A DNA stretch of 61,646 nucleotides from an uncultured Gammaproteobacteria bacterium (GCA_964390595.1 CAYMIA010000006.1:1-61646), one strand, 5' to 3'; shown: positions 43,568-52,278, counted from the stretch's first letter. The notes: a model not told the origin generated them from the sequence alone. Program-made: numbers and translations.

Positions 43568-44167
43568 ATGGAGCAGGCCAATCAAATTCTCAAAACTTAT
43601 AAAATCCCGGTCGCTTTAAGCCTGGTTGGGCTAGTCTTAATAATTGGTGGAGTGTTCACCTCTGGACTACTTAAACCAACTAACTTTTCCAAAACCAATT
43701 TGCCCAAACAAAGTATCGTCAGCGCTGATGGGATAACTCAAATTAAAGTTGATATCTCAGGTGCCATCAGGACTCCAGGCGTTTTAAGTTTAGCTAGCAA
43801 TTCCCGAGTTGACGATGTCATTAAAGCCGCTGGAGGTTTTAGTAATCAAGCCAATTTGGATTATGTATCTAAACATATAAATCTATCCCAAAAGGTTACA
43901 GACGGTAACAAAATTTACATCCCTTTTGAGGGAGAACAGCTAGCTGTTGTGGCGACTAGTGTAAACAATGTGCAGCAACAAGGAGGCAAAATTGGCATCA
44001 ATAGCGCTACTTCTAGCGAACTCGATACCTTACCTGGAATTGGCCCTACTACCGCGGGTAAGATTATAGCCGGTCGGCCATACTCGGATATCTCAGATCT
44101 GCAAAGTAAAAAGATTGTCACCAACTCTGTCTTTATAAAAATTAAGGATTTAATTGATACCAATTGA
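43568..44167 (+). CDS. comEA: ComEA-type DNA receptor (SLBB plus helix-hairpin-helix)
   Basis: N-terminal TM helix. IKVDISGAIRTPGVLSLASNSRVDDVIKAAGG (SLBB). INSATSSELDTLPGIGPTTAGKIIAGRPY (HhH). Confidence 0.85.
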   Translation: MEQANQILKTYKIPVALSLVGLVLIIGGVFTSGLLKPTNFSKTNLPKQSIVSADGITQIKVDISGAIRTPGVLSLASNSRVDDVIKAAGGFSNQANLDYVSKHINLSQKVTDGNKIYIPFEGEQLAVVATSVNNVQQQGGKIGINSATSSELDTLPGIGPTTAGKIIAGRPYSDISDLQSKKIVTNSVFIKIKDLIDTN

Positions 44168-45168
44168 AAAAAATCTACGCTACTATTTTTTTCATCTTCA
44201 TCATCTTATTTCTTTTCAGGATTCACCAAACCGGTGGAATTCATGATTTCTATAGCCAAAACGATGAGGTGATGCTTTGGAATCTCAGATCAAATTTGGA
44301 AAACAAAGTCACAGAGCTGCTTCCCCAACCTCAAGCTGGCTTACTTTCAGGTATGCTTTTGGGAGTTAAATCTGATTTAACTCCTGATTTTAAATTAGCA
44401 CTTCAAAATACCTCAACTATCCATGTTGCTGTAGTTTCTGGCCAAAATCTAACATTAGTAGCTGGATTTTTCCTGTCTTTGGCCAGCTTTATTGGCCGCA
44501 AAAAAGCAATTGTTCTTTCAACTATGGCCATTTTTCTCTACCTATTTTTAACTGGTTTCCAAGCTCCCTCAATCAGAGCTGCTATTATGGTTTCTTTAGC
44601 GGGGCTAGCTCAAATACTAGGCAAGAACAGAGAAAGCCCCTGGATTTTAGTCCTGACTGGGGCAGCCATGCTTCTTTGGAATCCAAACTGGCTTATTTCA
44701 ATCTCATTTCAGCTGTCTTTTCTAGCCACTTTTGGTGTAATTGTGGTGGCTCCTAAACTAATGGAGCATTTAAAGTTTCTGCCAGATATCATTAAGCAAG
44801 ATATTGCTATCTCAACTGCAGCTTATCTGCTGACTTGGCCAATTATCGCCTTTAACTTTCATCAGTTAAGTCTAATTGGCATAGTTGCCAACTCCGCGGT
44901 GCTCTGGACAGTCTCTTTTATCATGATCAGTGGAGCAGCGGCTCTAGCCATTTCATTCCTCAGTCTATTTCTAGCCCACATTGCAGTGCTGATTCCAGGT
45001 GTTTTCCTAACTTATTTTGTCTATCTCATCAATTTCACCAACTCGCTGCCTTTTTCCAGCATCAGATTAGAAAATCTCCCATTCACATTGGTTCTGGGTT
45101 ACTATCTTTTTATAGTTTCAGGTCTGCTTACTTTAACTATCAAACACCAACAACAATTAAGTATTTAA
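44164..45168 (+). CDS. comEC: ComEC/Rec2 competence channel, competence domain only
   Basis: LLPQPQAGLLSGMLLGVKSDLTPDFKLALQNTSTIHVAVVSGQNLTLVAGFF is the ComEC competence-domain signature. At 334 aa there is no metallo-beta-lactamase domain. TTG start overlaps the comEA stop (TTGA). Confidence 0.75.
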   Translation: MKKIYATIFFIFIILFLFRIHQTGGIHDFYSQNDEVMLWNLRSNLENKVTELLPQPQAGLLSGMLLGVKSDLTPDFKLALQNTSTIHVAVVSGQNLTLVAGFFLSLASFIGRKKAIVLSTMAIFLYLFLTGFQAPSIRAAIMVSLAGLAQILGKNRESPWILVLTGAAMLLWNPNWLISISFQLSFLATFGVIVVAPKLMEHLKFLPDIIKQDIAISTAAYLLTWPIIAFNFHQLSLIGIVANSAVLWTVSFIMISGAAALAISFLSLFLAHIAVLIPGVFLTYFVYLINFTNSLPFSSIRLENLPFTLVLGYYLFIVSGLLTLTIKHQQQLSI

Positions 45169-45179
45169 GGCTATTGTGC

Positions 45180-45185
45180 TATTAT
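45180..45185 (+). promoter_or_regulatory. -10 box TATTAT, 6 nt upstream of argS ATG 45192
   Basis: gcTATTATaaagtgATG. Confidence 0.35.
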
Positions 45186-45191
45186 AAAGTG

Positions 45192-46844
45192 ATGATCAAA
45201 ACTCTTTTAAGCGAGGATTTGAAAAAGGCAGTTAAAAAGTTGGGGTTTGAAAGTACTGATATAGTTCTATCTATTCAAGAAAAAGCTGATTTTGGAGACT
45301 ACAGCTCGAATATACCGTTGCAGCTAGCTAATCAAAAAAGCAAAAAAAATTATCAGTCTCCCAAAGATATTGCCAGTGATATTTTAGAGAGCTTAGGTCA
45401 CCCGCATTATTTAGAAAGAACTGAAATCGCTGGTCCTGGTTTTATCAATTTTTTTATTCAGACAGAATATTTAGCTGAAAACATTGAAGATATCATTCAT
45501 GAAAAAGAATTTTATGGTTCCAGTAAAAAACACCAAGGCAAAAACGCCCGGGTCGAGTACGTTTCCGCTAATCCTACCGGCCCCCTTCATATAGGCAATG
45601 CCCGAGGTGGCCCTATAGGGGATGTGGTGGCGAATGTTTTGCAATCCCAAGGCTACGAAGTACTAAGAGAATATATTCATAACGATGTAGGTGGTCAGGT
45701 TTTAAAATTAGGCATAGTTCTGGCTCATAAAATTGGCTACCCAGACACTCAAGAGGTTTCAGAGAAACCTGATGATTATAACGCCCCCTATATTGATGAG
45801 TTAGCTCCAGAAGTCCAAAAAAGAATTATCCAAGAGACAGGTGAAGATCTCTATCAAAATCTTTCATCCCAAGAATTCGAACAACTGTGTAGCAAATATG
45901 CAGTAGAGGTACTTCTTGAAGAGAATCTAGAAGTTAGCCAAAACATGGGCATTAACTTTAATTTAGTTGTTTATGAAAGCCTCTTAAAAAAAGAAGCTCC
46001 AGGCGTAATAGATGAGCTAAAAAACAAAGGGGTAGTTAAAGATTATGAAGGAGCCACCTGGTTTGCACCTTCAGATGAATTTTTAAAAGATAGGGAAACA
46101 GTCGTTCAGAAATCCAACGGAGAATATACCTACTTTGCATCAGACATAGTCTATCATAAACAAAAGTTCAGCTCAGATCCAGATTTGGTAATTGATGTAT
46201 TTGGCAGCAACCACCATGGCCACATTCCAAAGCTTCAGGCAGTGGTTAAAGCGCTAGGATATGATTCTAAAAAACTGAAATTCATTCTTTATCAATATGT
46301 TTCTCTCAAGCGGGGGAATGAAGTAGTGAAAATGAGCAAAAGAGCAGGGAACTTTATCACTGCAAAAGAGGTATTAGACGAAGTGGGTAAAGACGCATTC
46401 CGCTTTATGATGTTAAATATCTCAGCAAGCACTCATCTAGATTTTGATATCAACTTAGCTAAAGAACAATCTAGTAAAAATCCAGTTTTTTATGTCCAAT
46501 ATGCCTACGCCAGGATCAATAGCGTCTTGCTTAAGGCTGATTACCATGAGCAGGAAGTAGATTATGGTCTACTCAAACATCAAAGAGAAAGAGAGCTAAC
46601 TCGGCATCTGTTAGAGTTTCCAGGGCTAGTAGAAGAGGTTTCCAAAACATTCGCTGTGCACCAGCTCACCACTTACGCTATCCATCTCGCTGAGCTTTTT
46701 CATAGCTTTTATGAGGAATGTTCAATCCTTTATGCTGAGGGAGAAGATCTTAAAAATGCCAGACTCAGGTTAGCCCACGCCTCAAAGATAGTTCTAGCCA
46801 ACCTCCTAGATCTCCTTGGCATCTCTGCCCCTGAAAAAATGTGA
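45192..46844 (+). CDS. argS: Arginyl-tRNA synthetase
   Basis: SANPTGPLHIGNARGG (HIGH-type), VKMSKRAGNF, and a C-terminal anticodon-binding region. ATG 45192 is preferred over TTG 45174. Confidence 0.9.
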   Translation: MIKTLLSEDLKKAVKKLGFESTDIVLSIQEKADFGDYSSNIPLQLANQKSKKNYQSPKDIASDILESLGHPHYLERTEIAGPGFINFFIQTEYLAENIEDIIHEKEFYGSSKKHQGKNARVEYVSANPTGPLHIGNARGGPIGDVVANVLQSQGYEVLREYIHNDVGGQVLKLGIVLAHKIGYPDTQEVSEKPDDYNAPYIDELAPEVQKRIIQETGEDLYQNLSSQEFEQLCSKYAVEVLLEENLEVSQNMGINFNLVVYESLLKKEAPGVIDELKNKGVVKDYEGATWFAPSDEFLKDRETVVQKSNGEYTYFASDIVYHKQKFSSDPDLVIDVFGSNHHGHIPKLQAVVKALGYDSKKLKFILYQYVSLKRGNEVVKMSKRAGNFITAKEVLDEVGKDAFRFMMLNISASTHLDFDINLAKEQSSKNPVFYVQYAYARINSVLLKADYHEQEVDYGLLKHQRERELTRHLLEFPGLVEEVSKTFAVHQLTTYAIHLAELFHSFYEECSILYAEGEDLKNARLRLAHASKIVLANLLDLLGISAPEKM

Positions 46845-46863
46845 CATTGTTAGTTTTTTTGCT

Positions 46864-46869
46864 TATACT
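46864..46869 (+). promoter_or_regulatory. -10 box TATACT, 6 nt upstream of ATG 46876
   Basis: gctTATACTtaatctATG. Confidence 0.4.
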
Positions 46870-46875
46870 TAATCT

Positions 46876-47898
46876 ATGTTCAAGAAATCAGAAGGTGGAC
46901 ACCGCAAAAAAGGCTTTGGGTTGTTTGGCATTTTTAGAATGTTTTTAAGTTTGGTGATCTTTGCAGTTTTATCTCTGGGAGTCTACCAAGCTTATAAAAG
47001 CTTCTCTGGTATTGATCCGCTCACTGCTAACCCCCAAACAATTGTGAATAATTTTATATCTTCTGATGCTGCCTACAAGCTGATCACCAGTCTTTTGACC
47101 TTCAACCCTAAACTCTTTTTGAACAATCAGAAGGTCATTAAAGATGCTCAAGTTGCCCCAGAACAAGTTCACACTAATTCACCATTGTTGTACAGGTTCG
47201 CCATCGTCACTGATTCTCATAACGATAACCAAAACCTCAAAAAAGCTCTAACTCAGGCCAAAGCTGCCAATGCTCAGTTTGTTATTGGTTTAGGTGATTT
47301 TACTAATGTGGGGACTGAGGGAGAGCTAGCTGATGCCAAGGCAGTTCTCGATACCTCTGAACTGCCTTATTATGTCACAGCTGGAGATCATGATCTTTGG
47401 GACAGCCGCGACAAAGGCTTGCCAGCCAGCAAAGACTTTAATGACTTGTTTGGTGCCACCTATCAGTCATTTTCCTTTAAAAACACCCGCTTTATCCTGA
47501 TCTTTGATAGCGATAACTACCTTGGACTAGATTCAGGCCAACTCAGTTGGATCGATGAAAAGCTAGCTGCCCTAGATTCAGAAAAACCACCATTAACCCT
47601 AGTTCTAACTAGTTCACCTCTATATCATCCCTCCTCAGACCATGTTGTTGGAAAAACTAACCCTGAGCTAAAAAAACAAGCTGAGGAGTTGACTCAAAAG
47701 TTTAAAGCCGCTGGAGTTGCTGAGATAATCGCTGGAGATACTCACTTTTATACCCGGTATAGTGATCCCAAAACTGATCTGAAGATGACTACGGTTGGAG
47801 CTATCACCAGCGACCGCAACCCCCAAAGTCCGAGGTACGCCTTAGTTGACGTTTTTGAGGATGGCAGTTACAATATCCAAGATACACCGGTCAAATAA
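46876..47898 (+). CDS. Membrane-anchored calcineurin-like metallophosphoesterase
   Basis: FAIVTDSHND, GLGDFTNVG, TAGDHDLW and GDTHFY are metallophosphoesterase motifs. N-terminal TM helix. Confidence 0.75.
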   Translation: MFKKSEGGHRKKGFGLFGIFRMFLSLVIFAVLSLGVYQAYKSFSGIDPLTANPQTIVNNFISSDAAYKLITSLLTFNPKLFLNNQKVIKDAQVAPEQVHTNSPLLYRFAIVTDSHNDNQNLKKALTQAKAANAQFVIGLGDFTNVGTEGELADAKAVLDTSELPYYVTAGDHDLWDSRDKGLPASKDFNDLFGATYQSFSFKNTRFILIFDSDNYLGLDSGQLSWIDEKLAALDSEKPPLTLVLTSSPLYHPSSDHVVGKTNPELKKQAEELTQKFKAAGVAEIIAGDTHFYTRYSDPKTDLKMTTVGAITSDRNPQSPRYALVDVFEDGSYNIQDTPVK

Positions 47899-47904
47899 CC
47901 CAAA

Positions 47905-48447
47905 ATGAAGAATCTGAATCAAAAAACACTCGTTTTAATCAAGCCCGACGCCATGCGCCGGAACTTGGCTGGAGAAATTATCTCCCGGATTCAAAGAGTC
48001 GGTTTAGTGATTATTGATGCCAAAATGATTCAGGCGAGTGAAGATGTCGCCAGCAAACATTACCCAGATACCGAAGAATGGCTGACCAAAGTAGGTAATA
48101 ATACCCTTGATGATTGCCAGAAATATGGTTTTAACCCAGTCGAATTTTTTGGAACCGACTCAGCCAAAGAAGTTGGTAAGTTCATCCTGAAATACAATAA
48201 AGAAGCTTTGCTCTCTGGCCCAGTTCTGGCCTTTGTCTTTGAGGGTCCTCATGCCATTGAAATCGTCCGCAAACTAGCTGGACATACAGTGCCCGTCTTA
48301 TCTGCTCCTGGAACAATCCGCGGGGATTATTCAACCGAATCGGCGATTACCGCCAATGTGGGCAGAAGAAATATTGAGAATTTAATTCACGCCTCAGGAG
48401 ACCCGGAAGAAGCCACCCGCGAAATCAAACTTTGGTTTGAAAGTTAA
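47905..48447 (+). CDS. ndk: Nucleoside diphosphate kinase with an internal insertion
   Basis: TLVLIKPDAMRRNLAGEIISRI, GPVLAFVFEGPHAIE, PGTIRGDY, NLIHASGD. At 180 aa it is longer than the usual ~140-150. Confidence 0.8.
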   Translation: MKNLNQKTLVLIKPDAMRRNLAGEIISRIQRVGLVIIDAKMIQASEDVASKHYPDTEEWLTKVGNNTLDDCQKYGFNPVEFFGTDSAKEVGKFILKYNKEALLSGPVLAFVFEGPHAIEIVRKLAGHTVPVLSAPGTIRGDYSTESAITANVGRRNIENLIHASGDPEEATREIKLWFES

Positions 48448-49079
48448 ACTTTAGGAGATAGTTTTCTATAAACGTAAGCGGCCGCCACCATCGTGGTTGG
48501 AATTGAGGCAAATAGCCCCACTACTAAAGCCAAGAGTCCCAGGAAGTTAACTAACATCAAAGTCAAACCAAATAAGAACAGATCCATCTTCACCCCTTTG
48601 GTCATCTCCCAGCTTTTCTTCAAAGCTTCAACTGGCCCCAGGCCTTTATCGATGATCAGATAAGAATAGAACTGCAATTTAATCCCAAAAATAATTCCGG
48701 GAATAATTAACAACACTATCCCCAAGGTTACTATCAATCCATAAAGAATTGTTCCACCTAAAAACCTGAGCAAGAAGTTGGTTTGAGAGTAGAGTGTTTT
48801 GTAATCAGGCCGTTTGCCATCAACTAAGTCTAAAGAGATCCGCAGAACTCCAATGTTGATTAACTGGTTAATTACCCAAAACACAATACCAATAATCAAA
48901 CCAAACGTTCCAATCATTTGGGCGTTTTGGCTAAAGCTAGATTTGACCATGCTGTTCAAAAAACTGGGGATATAAGAGACAACAAAAGTAATTAAAACCA
49001 GTCCTAGAAAAAACTTCCAATTAGCTTTCCAGGTGTTCCATCCAAACTTAACTGCCTCAGAAATAGAAAACTTTTTCAT
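48444..49079 (-). CDS. Integral membrane protein of unknown function
   Basis: Four to five TM segments. Start set to ATG 49079 (MKKFSISEAVKFGW...). The 3' end overlaps the ndk stop by 4 nt. Confidence 0.6.
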   Translation of the reverse strand: MKKFSISEAVKFGWNTWKANWKFFLGLVLITFVVSYIPSFLNSMVKSSFSQNAQMIGTFGLIIGIVFWVINQLINIGVLRISLDLVDGKRPDYKTLYSQTNFLLRFLGGTILYGLIVTLGIVLLIIPGIIFGIKLQFYSYLIIDKGLGPVEALKKSWEMTKGVKMDLFLFGLTLMLVNFLGLLALVVGLFASIPTTMVAAAYVYRKLSPKV

Positions 49080-49153
49080 TACTAAATTAAGTGTATGACT
49101 CTTATCCAAATAATGCAAGGGGTCCTTGACAAAGTCCAAATAGTAACATTACG

Positions 49154-49987
49154 ATGGTATCAATGAGAAAAGTTCTCCCCCTTTTCCCGATAGTCTTATT
49201 TTTACTACTGGTTTTACCGGGTTCTGTCTCAGCAGCCTCTCCTATTAACATCTCAGCTATTATCTCCAGCAGTCAGGCCAATAATTCGCCTAGTGGTGAC
49301 TGTATAGGCCCCGATAAAAAGCACTTCCAGACTACCAAAGAAGTTTGTGAAGCTTTAAACAAAGCCTGGGGTAAAAAGAACACCACATTTAGTGTTGGTA
49401 CACCCACTCCTGTTTCTGCCCCAACCACGGTCTCAGATGCTGTAGCACTCGCCCAAACTAACAACTTACCAACAGGAGATTGTGTCGGTCCAGATAAAAA
49501 GCATTTTCAAGCAGCTAAAGAAGTTTGTGAGGCCCTCTACAAATCATGGGGAAAGACCGCTGTAACATTTAATCCTGGAGTATCAGCCTCCCAGACCACG
49601 GTCAATCTTACCGAGCTGATTACCCAAGCTGAAAAGACCGATGCGCCCAAAGGCGATTGTGCTGGTCCAGATAAAAAACATCTCGAAACCACCAAAGAGG
49701 TCTGTGATGGGCTCAATCATGCTTGGGGTAAGACGACGGCTTCATTTAACCCGACTGTTTCTTCATCCACATCAGGCGGTACCACAAATGCTGGTGGAAA
49801 TAGCTCAGGATTATCTGGCTCAGCATCTTCGGGCAACTCTAACAGTTCTGTAAGTTCTGGCGGCAACAGTGGTTCAGGATCAACTACCTCAACCAAAAAC
49901 TCTGATAAAGAGGACAAAGCCTCCAAAGACAAGAACAAAACCAAAAACTCAGAGGACAAGGCCCCCAAAGACAAACCCAAGAAATAA
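49154..49987 (+). CDS. Secreted protein with three ~50-aa Cys-pair repeats, a Ser/Gly-rich tract and a Lys-rich tail
   Basis: Signal peptide ending LPGSVSAASP. Repeats: GDCIGPDKKHFQTTKEVCEALNKAWGK, GDCVGPDKKHFQAAKEVCEALYKSWGK and GDCAGPDKKHLETTKEVCDGLNHAWGK. Confidence 0.7.
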   Translation: MVSMRKVLPLFPIVLFLLLVLPGSVSAASPINISAIISSSQANNSPSGDCIGPDKKHFQTTKEVCEALNKAWGKKNTTFSVGTPTPVSAPTTVSDAVALAQTNNLPTGDCVGPDKKHFQAAKEVCEALYKSWGKTAVTFNPGVSASQTTVNLTELITQAEKTDAPKGDCAGPDKKHLETTKEVCDGLNHAWGKTTASFNPTVSSSTSGGTTNAGGNSSGLSGSASSGNSNSSVSSGGNSGSGSTTSTKNSDKEDKASKDKNKTKNSEDKAPKDKPKK

Positions 49988-50005
49988 TTTCCTCCAAGAA
50001 TTCAG

Positions 50006-50077
50006 TCGGGGATAGCAGATTTGAACTGCTGACCTCACGGTCCCGAACCGTGCGCGCTACCGCTGCGCCAATCCCCG
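50006..50077 (-). tRNA. tRNA-Pro (anticodon CGG), CCA not encoded
   Basis: Minus-strand read: CGGGGAT TG GCGC AGCGGTA GCGC G CACGG TTCGGGA CCGTG AGGTC AGCAG TTCAAAT CTGCT ATCCCCG A. Clean 72-nt cloverleaf with a canonical T-loop. Confidence 0.9.
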
Positions 50078-50128
50078 TTTGACTGACTGAATTATACTCC
50101 AAAATCAGGTATAATTAGAAAGTCCAAA

Positions 50129-50201
50129 GGCCCTGTAGCTCAGTAGATAGAGCAATCCCGTCCTAAGGGAGTGGTCGGGGGTGCAAGTCCCTCCAGGGCT
50201 A
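50129..50201 (+). tRNA. tRNA-Arg (anticodon CCT), CCA not encoded, atypical T-loop
   Basis: GGCCCTG TA GCTC AGTAGATA GAGC A ATCCC GTCCTAA GGGAG TGGTC GGGGG TGCAAGT CCCTC CAGGGCT A. The cloverleaf folds, but the T-loop reads TGC instead of TTC, position 32 is G, and 27:43 is A:G. A TATAAT box lies at 50110-50115, 13 nt upstream. Confidence 0.75.
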
Positions 50202-50206
50202 CACAT

Positions 50207-50914
50207 ATGAAGTCTTTAGAATATAAAAAAAATTTAGCAATTAGATTTGGAATTTATTTAGCGATTTTTATTGGTCTGCTCTCAGTGGTTTTGGAATTTG
50301 GACCCATCATTCAGGCTGAGTCAACCTACCGTTTTGATAACCTGGTTGGAATTAAACACACTCTTGCTCCGCCAGTTATTAACTCTCTAAATCAAGAGAT
50401 CGCTCTAGCCACTGATTCAGCAGCTACCACTACCTTTGGTGATCTACCAGAAAATTCAGCTGATAGCATCGCCCCAGTCTCAACAGATTATGGCATAGTT
50501 ATTGAAAAAATTAATGCTAATGCTAAAGTCATTCCCAATATTGATCCAGCCAATGAGCCAGATTATGCCCGTGCTCTCGCTCAGGGAGTTGCAGCTGCCA
50601 AAGGCTCGACTGATCCAGGCCACCCGGGTAATATTTACATCTTCTCTCATTCAACTGATGCTCCTTGGAATGTCGCCCGCTTCAATGCTGTCTTTTATCT
50701 TTTAAGGGAACTAGAGCCAGGCGATAGAGTCGTCCTTTTTTATAAAAACCGCCGCTATAACTATATTGTTTTTGATAAAAACATCATTAAGTCCGATGAC
50801 ATCTCTTATTTACTCAACCGCTATGATAAGCCAGTTCTCACGCTTCAAACTTGTGATCCGCCCGGTACTACCATCAACCGCTTAATCGTCAGAGCCAAGC
50901 TTTTAGGAAGCTAA
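50207..50914 (+). CDS. Sortase-family transpeptidase
   Basis: N-terminal TM helix. GNIYIFSHST (catalytic His), LTLQTCDPPG (TLxTC Cys) and NRLIVRA (Arg). Start moved to ATG 50207 because the 50171 start overlaps tRNA-Arg. Confidence 0.8.
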   Translation: MKSLEYKKNLAIRFGIYLAIFIGLLSVVLEFGPIIQAESTYRFDNLVGIKHTLAPPVINSLNQEIALATDSAATTTFGDLPENSADSIAPVSTDYGIVIEKINANAKVIPNIDPANEPDYARALAQGVAAAKGSTDPGHPGNIYIFSHSTDAPWNVARFNAVFYLLRELEPGDRVVLFYKNRRYNYIVFDKNIIKSDDISYLLNRYDKPVLTLQTCDPPGTTINRLIVRAKLLGS

Positions 50915-51009
50915 GCATCAATGTCAAAGTTCAAATATCAAATCAATGTCAAATTTGAAATTTAGAATTTGGAATTCACTTGTCATTTGTAATTTGTCAT
51001 TTGGAATTT

Positions 51010-51015
51010 TATACT
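51010..51015 (+). promoter_or_regulatory. -10 box TATACT, 6 nt upstream of ATG 51022
   Basis: ggaatttTATACTaaggttATG. Confidence 0.4.
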
Positions 51016-51021
51016 AAGGTT

Positions 51022-52209
51022 ATGAACAGGCGTTTCTTAATCACAATACTGACACTACTTTTAATCGTAGCGGGTACAACTGTCGGGATATTGCTGGCTA
51101 AGGGCTACCGTTTTTCTCCCAAAAGTGGCACTCTGTCTGGAACCGGCATCATCTCTGTTACCTCTGTGCCTGATCAAGCCTCAGTCTACCTGGATGATCA
51201 TCTCACAACAGCCACCAATGCTAATATCAACTCGCTGGTCCCCAAAGATTATGTAGTTAAAATCCTCAAAGAAGGTTTTATCCCTTGGGAGAAAAAAGTG
51301 TCAGTTAGCGAGGGCCTGGTAACCAATATTAAAGCCACCCTTTTTAGGTCAATCCCTTCAATCTATCCTTTGACCTACAATGGGGCGACCAATTTAAATC
51401 TGTCCTTAGACGGTCAAAGATTGTTGTTTGTTGTTCCGGGCACTGAAGACAAGAGCCCAGCTGCTGTTAAAAAAACTGGTGTCTGGATCTGGACGATGTC
51501 AGATAAAGTCATCGGGTTTGCCAGAGGAGGCGAGCCCCATCAGGTTGTTAACGGTTTGTCGGGAATCGATTTTACTAAAGCTATCTTCCATTGGTCCCCT
51601 GATGCTAAACAAATTATGGCCACAATTGGTGATACCAGTTATTTAATTAACGCTGACCAACTCAACGATCCACCCAGAGATGTCACTGCCAACTATCAAA
51701 GCACTTTAGGTACTTGGAAAGAAGAACAACACCAAAAAGATCTAGCTAGACTCTCAACTATCGCTGATTTAAACCTCCAAAAGATTGCCTCTGAATCTGG
51801 CAGTTTAGTTAAATGGTCACCTGATGAGACCAAGCTAATGATTACAGAGCCTGACAAAAAGATCCGAGTTTATGATTTAGCAGAAAAGAAAAATTATGAG
51901 CTGCCTTTCTTTAAGAAAATTTCCTGGCTACCTGACTCACTTCATTTTATTATCACAGAGGATCAAAATGACCAAAATTCCGGTCCGGTTAGCTCTCCTT
52001 CACCATCACCATCAAACACCCCCAATTTTTCAGTTTCTAAGATCTCAATAATCGAATTTGATGGTAACAATAAAGCCGAGATCTATGCTGGTAACCTGGA
52101 CTCCAACAATGTTTTTGCTTGGCCAGATGCCTCCAGGCTGGTTATCATCACCGCTTTTGCGACCGCCACCGCCAATCAACCCAACATCTACGGTATAAAC
52201 CTGAAATGA
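51022..52209 (+). CDS. Membrane-anchored PEGA-domain protein with a beta-propeller-like C-terminal region
   Basis: ISVTSVPDQASVYLDDHL...YVVKILKEGFIPWEKKVSV is a PEGA domain. Repetitive WSPD/WLPD-type strands follow. ATG 51022 (MNRRFLITIL...) is preferred. Confidence 0.65.
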   Translation: MNRRFLITILTLLLIVAGTTVGILLAKGYRFSPKSGTLSGTGIISVTSVPDQASVYLDDHLTTATNANINSLVPKDYVVKILKEGFIPWEKKVSVSEGLVTNIKATLFRSIPSIYPLTYNGATNLNLSLDGQRLLFVVPGTEDKSPAAVKKTGVWIWTMSDKVIGFARGGEPHQVVNGLSGIDFTKAIFHWSPDAKQIMATIGDTSYLINADQLNDPPRDVTANYQSTLGTWKEEQHQKDLARLSTIADLNLQKIASESGSLVKWSPDETKLMITEPDKKIRVYDLAEKKNYELPFFKKISWLPDSLHFIITEDQNDQNSGPVSSPSPSPSNTPNFSVSKISIIEFDGNNKAEIYAGNLDSNNVFAWPDASRLVIITAFATATANQPNIYGINLK

Positions 52210-52224
52210 TCTAGTTAGTGTGTC

Positions 52225-52254
52225 TTGTGACCCGGTTGTTTAATTTGCTAGAAT
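52225..52254 (+). promoter_or_regulatory. Candidate promoter TTGTGA-N18-(TGc)TAGAAT for mreB
   Basis: Extended -10 TGCTAGAAT at 52246-52254, 24 nt upstream of ATG 52279. Confidence 0.45.
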
Positions 52255-52278
52255 CCACCAAGCACTGCAATTGCTGCC

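Noticed and set aside
50171-50206. Upstream start of the sortase ORF
   Set aside because: It would overlap the 3' half of tRNA-Arg. ATG 50207 gives a normal N-terminus.
49154-52209. Sortase substrates (LPXTG-type sorting signals) in neighbouring proteins
   Set aside because: I scanned the C-termini of the adjacent secreted proteins and both giant proteins. No LPXTG-like motif followed by a hydrophobic helix and basic tail was found, so no substrate can be claimed from this window.
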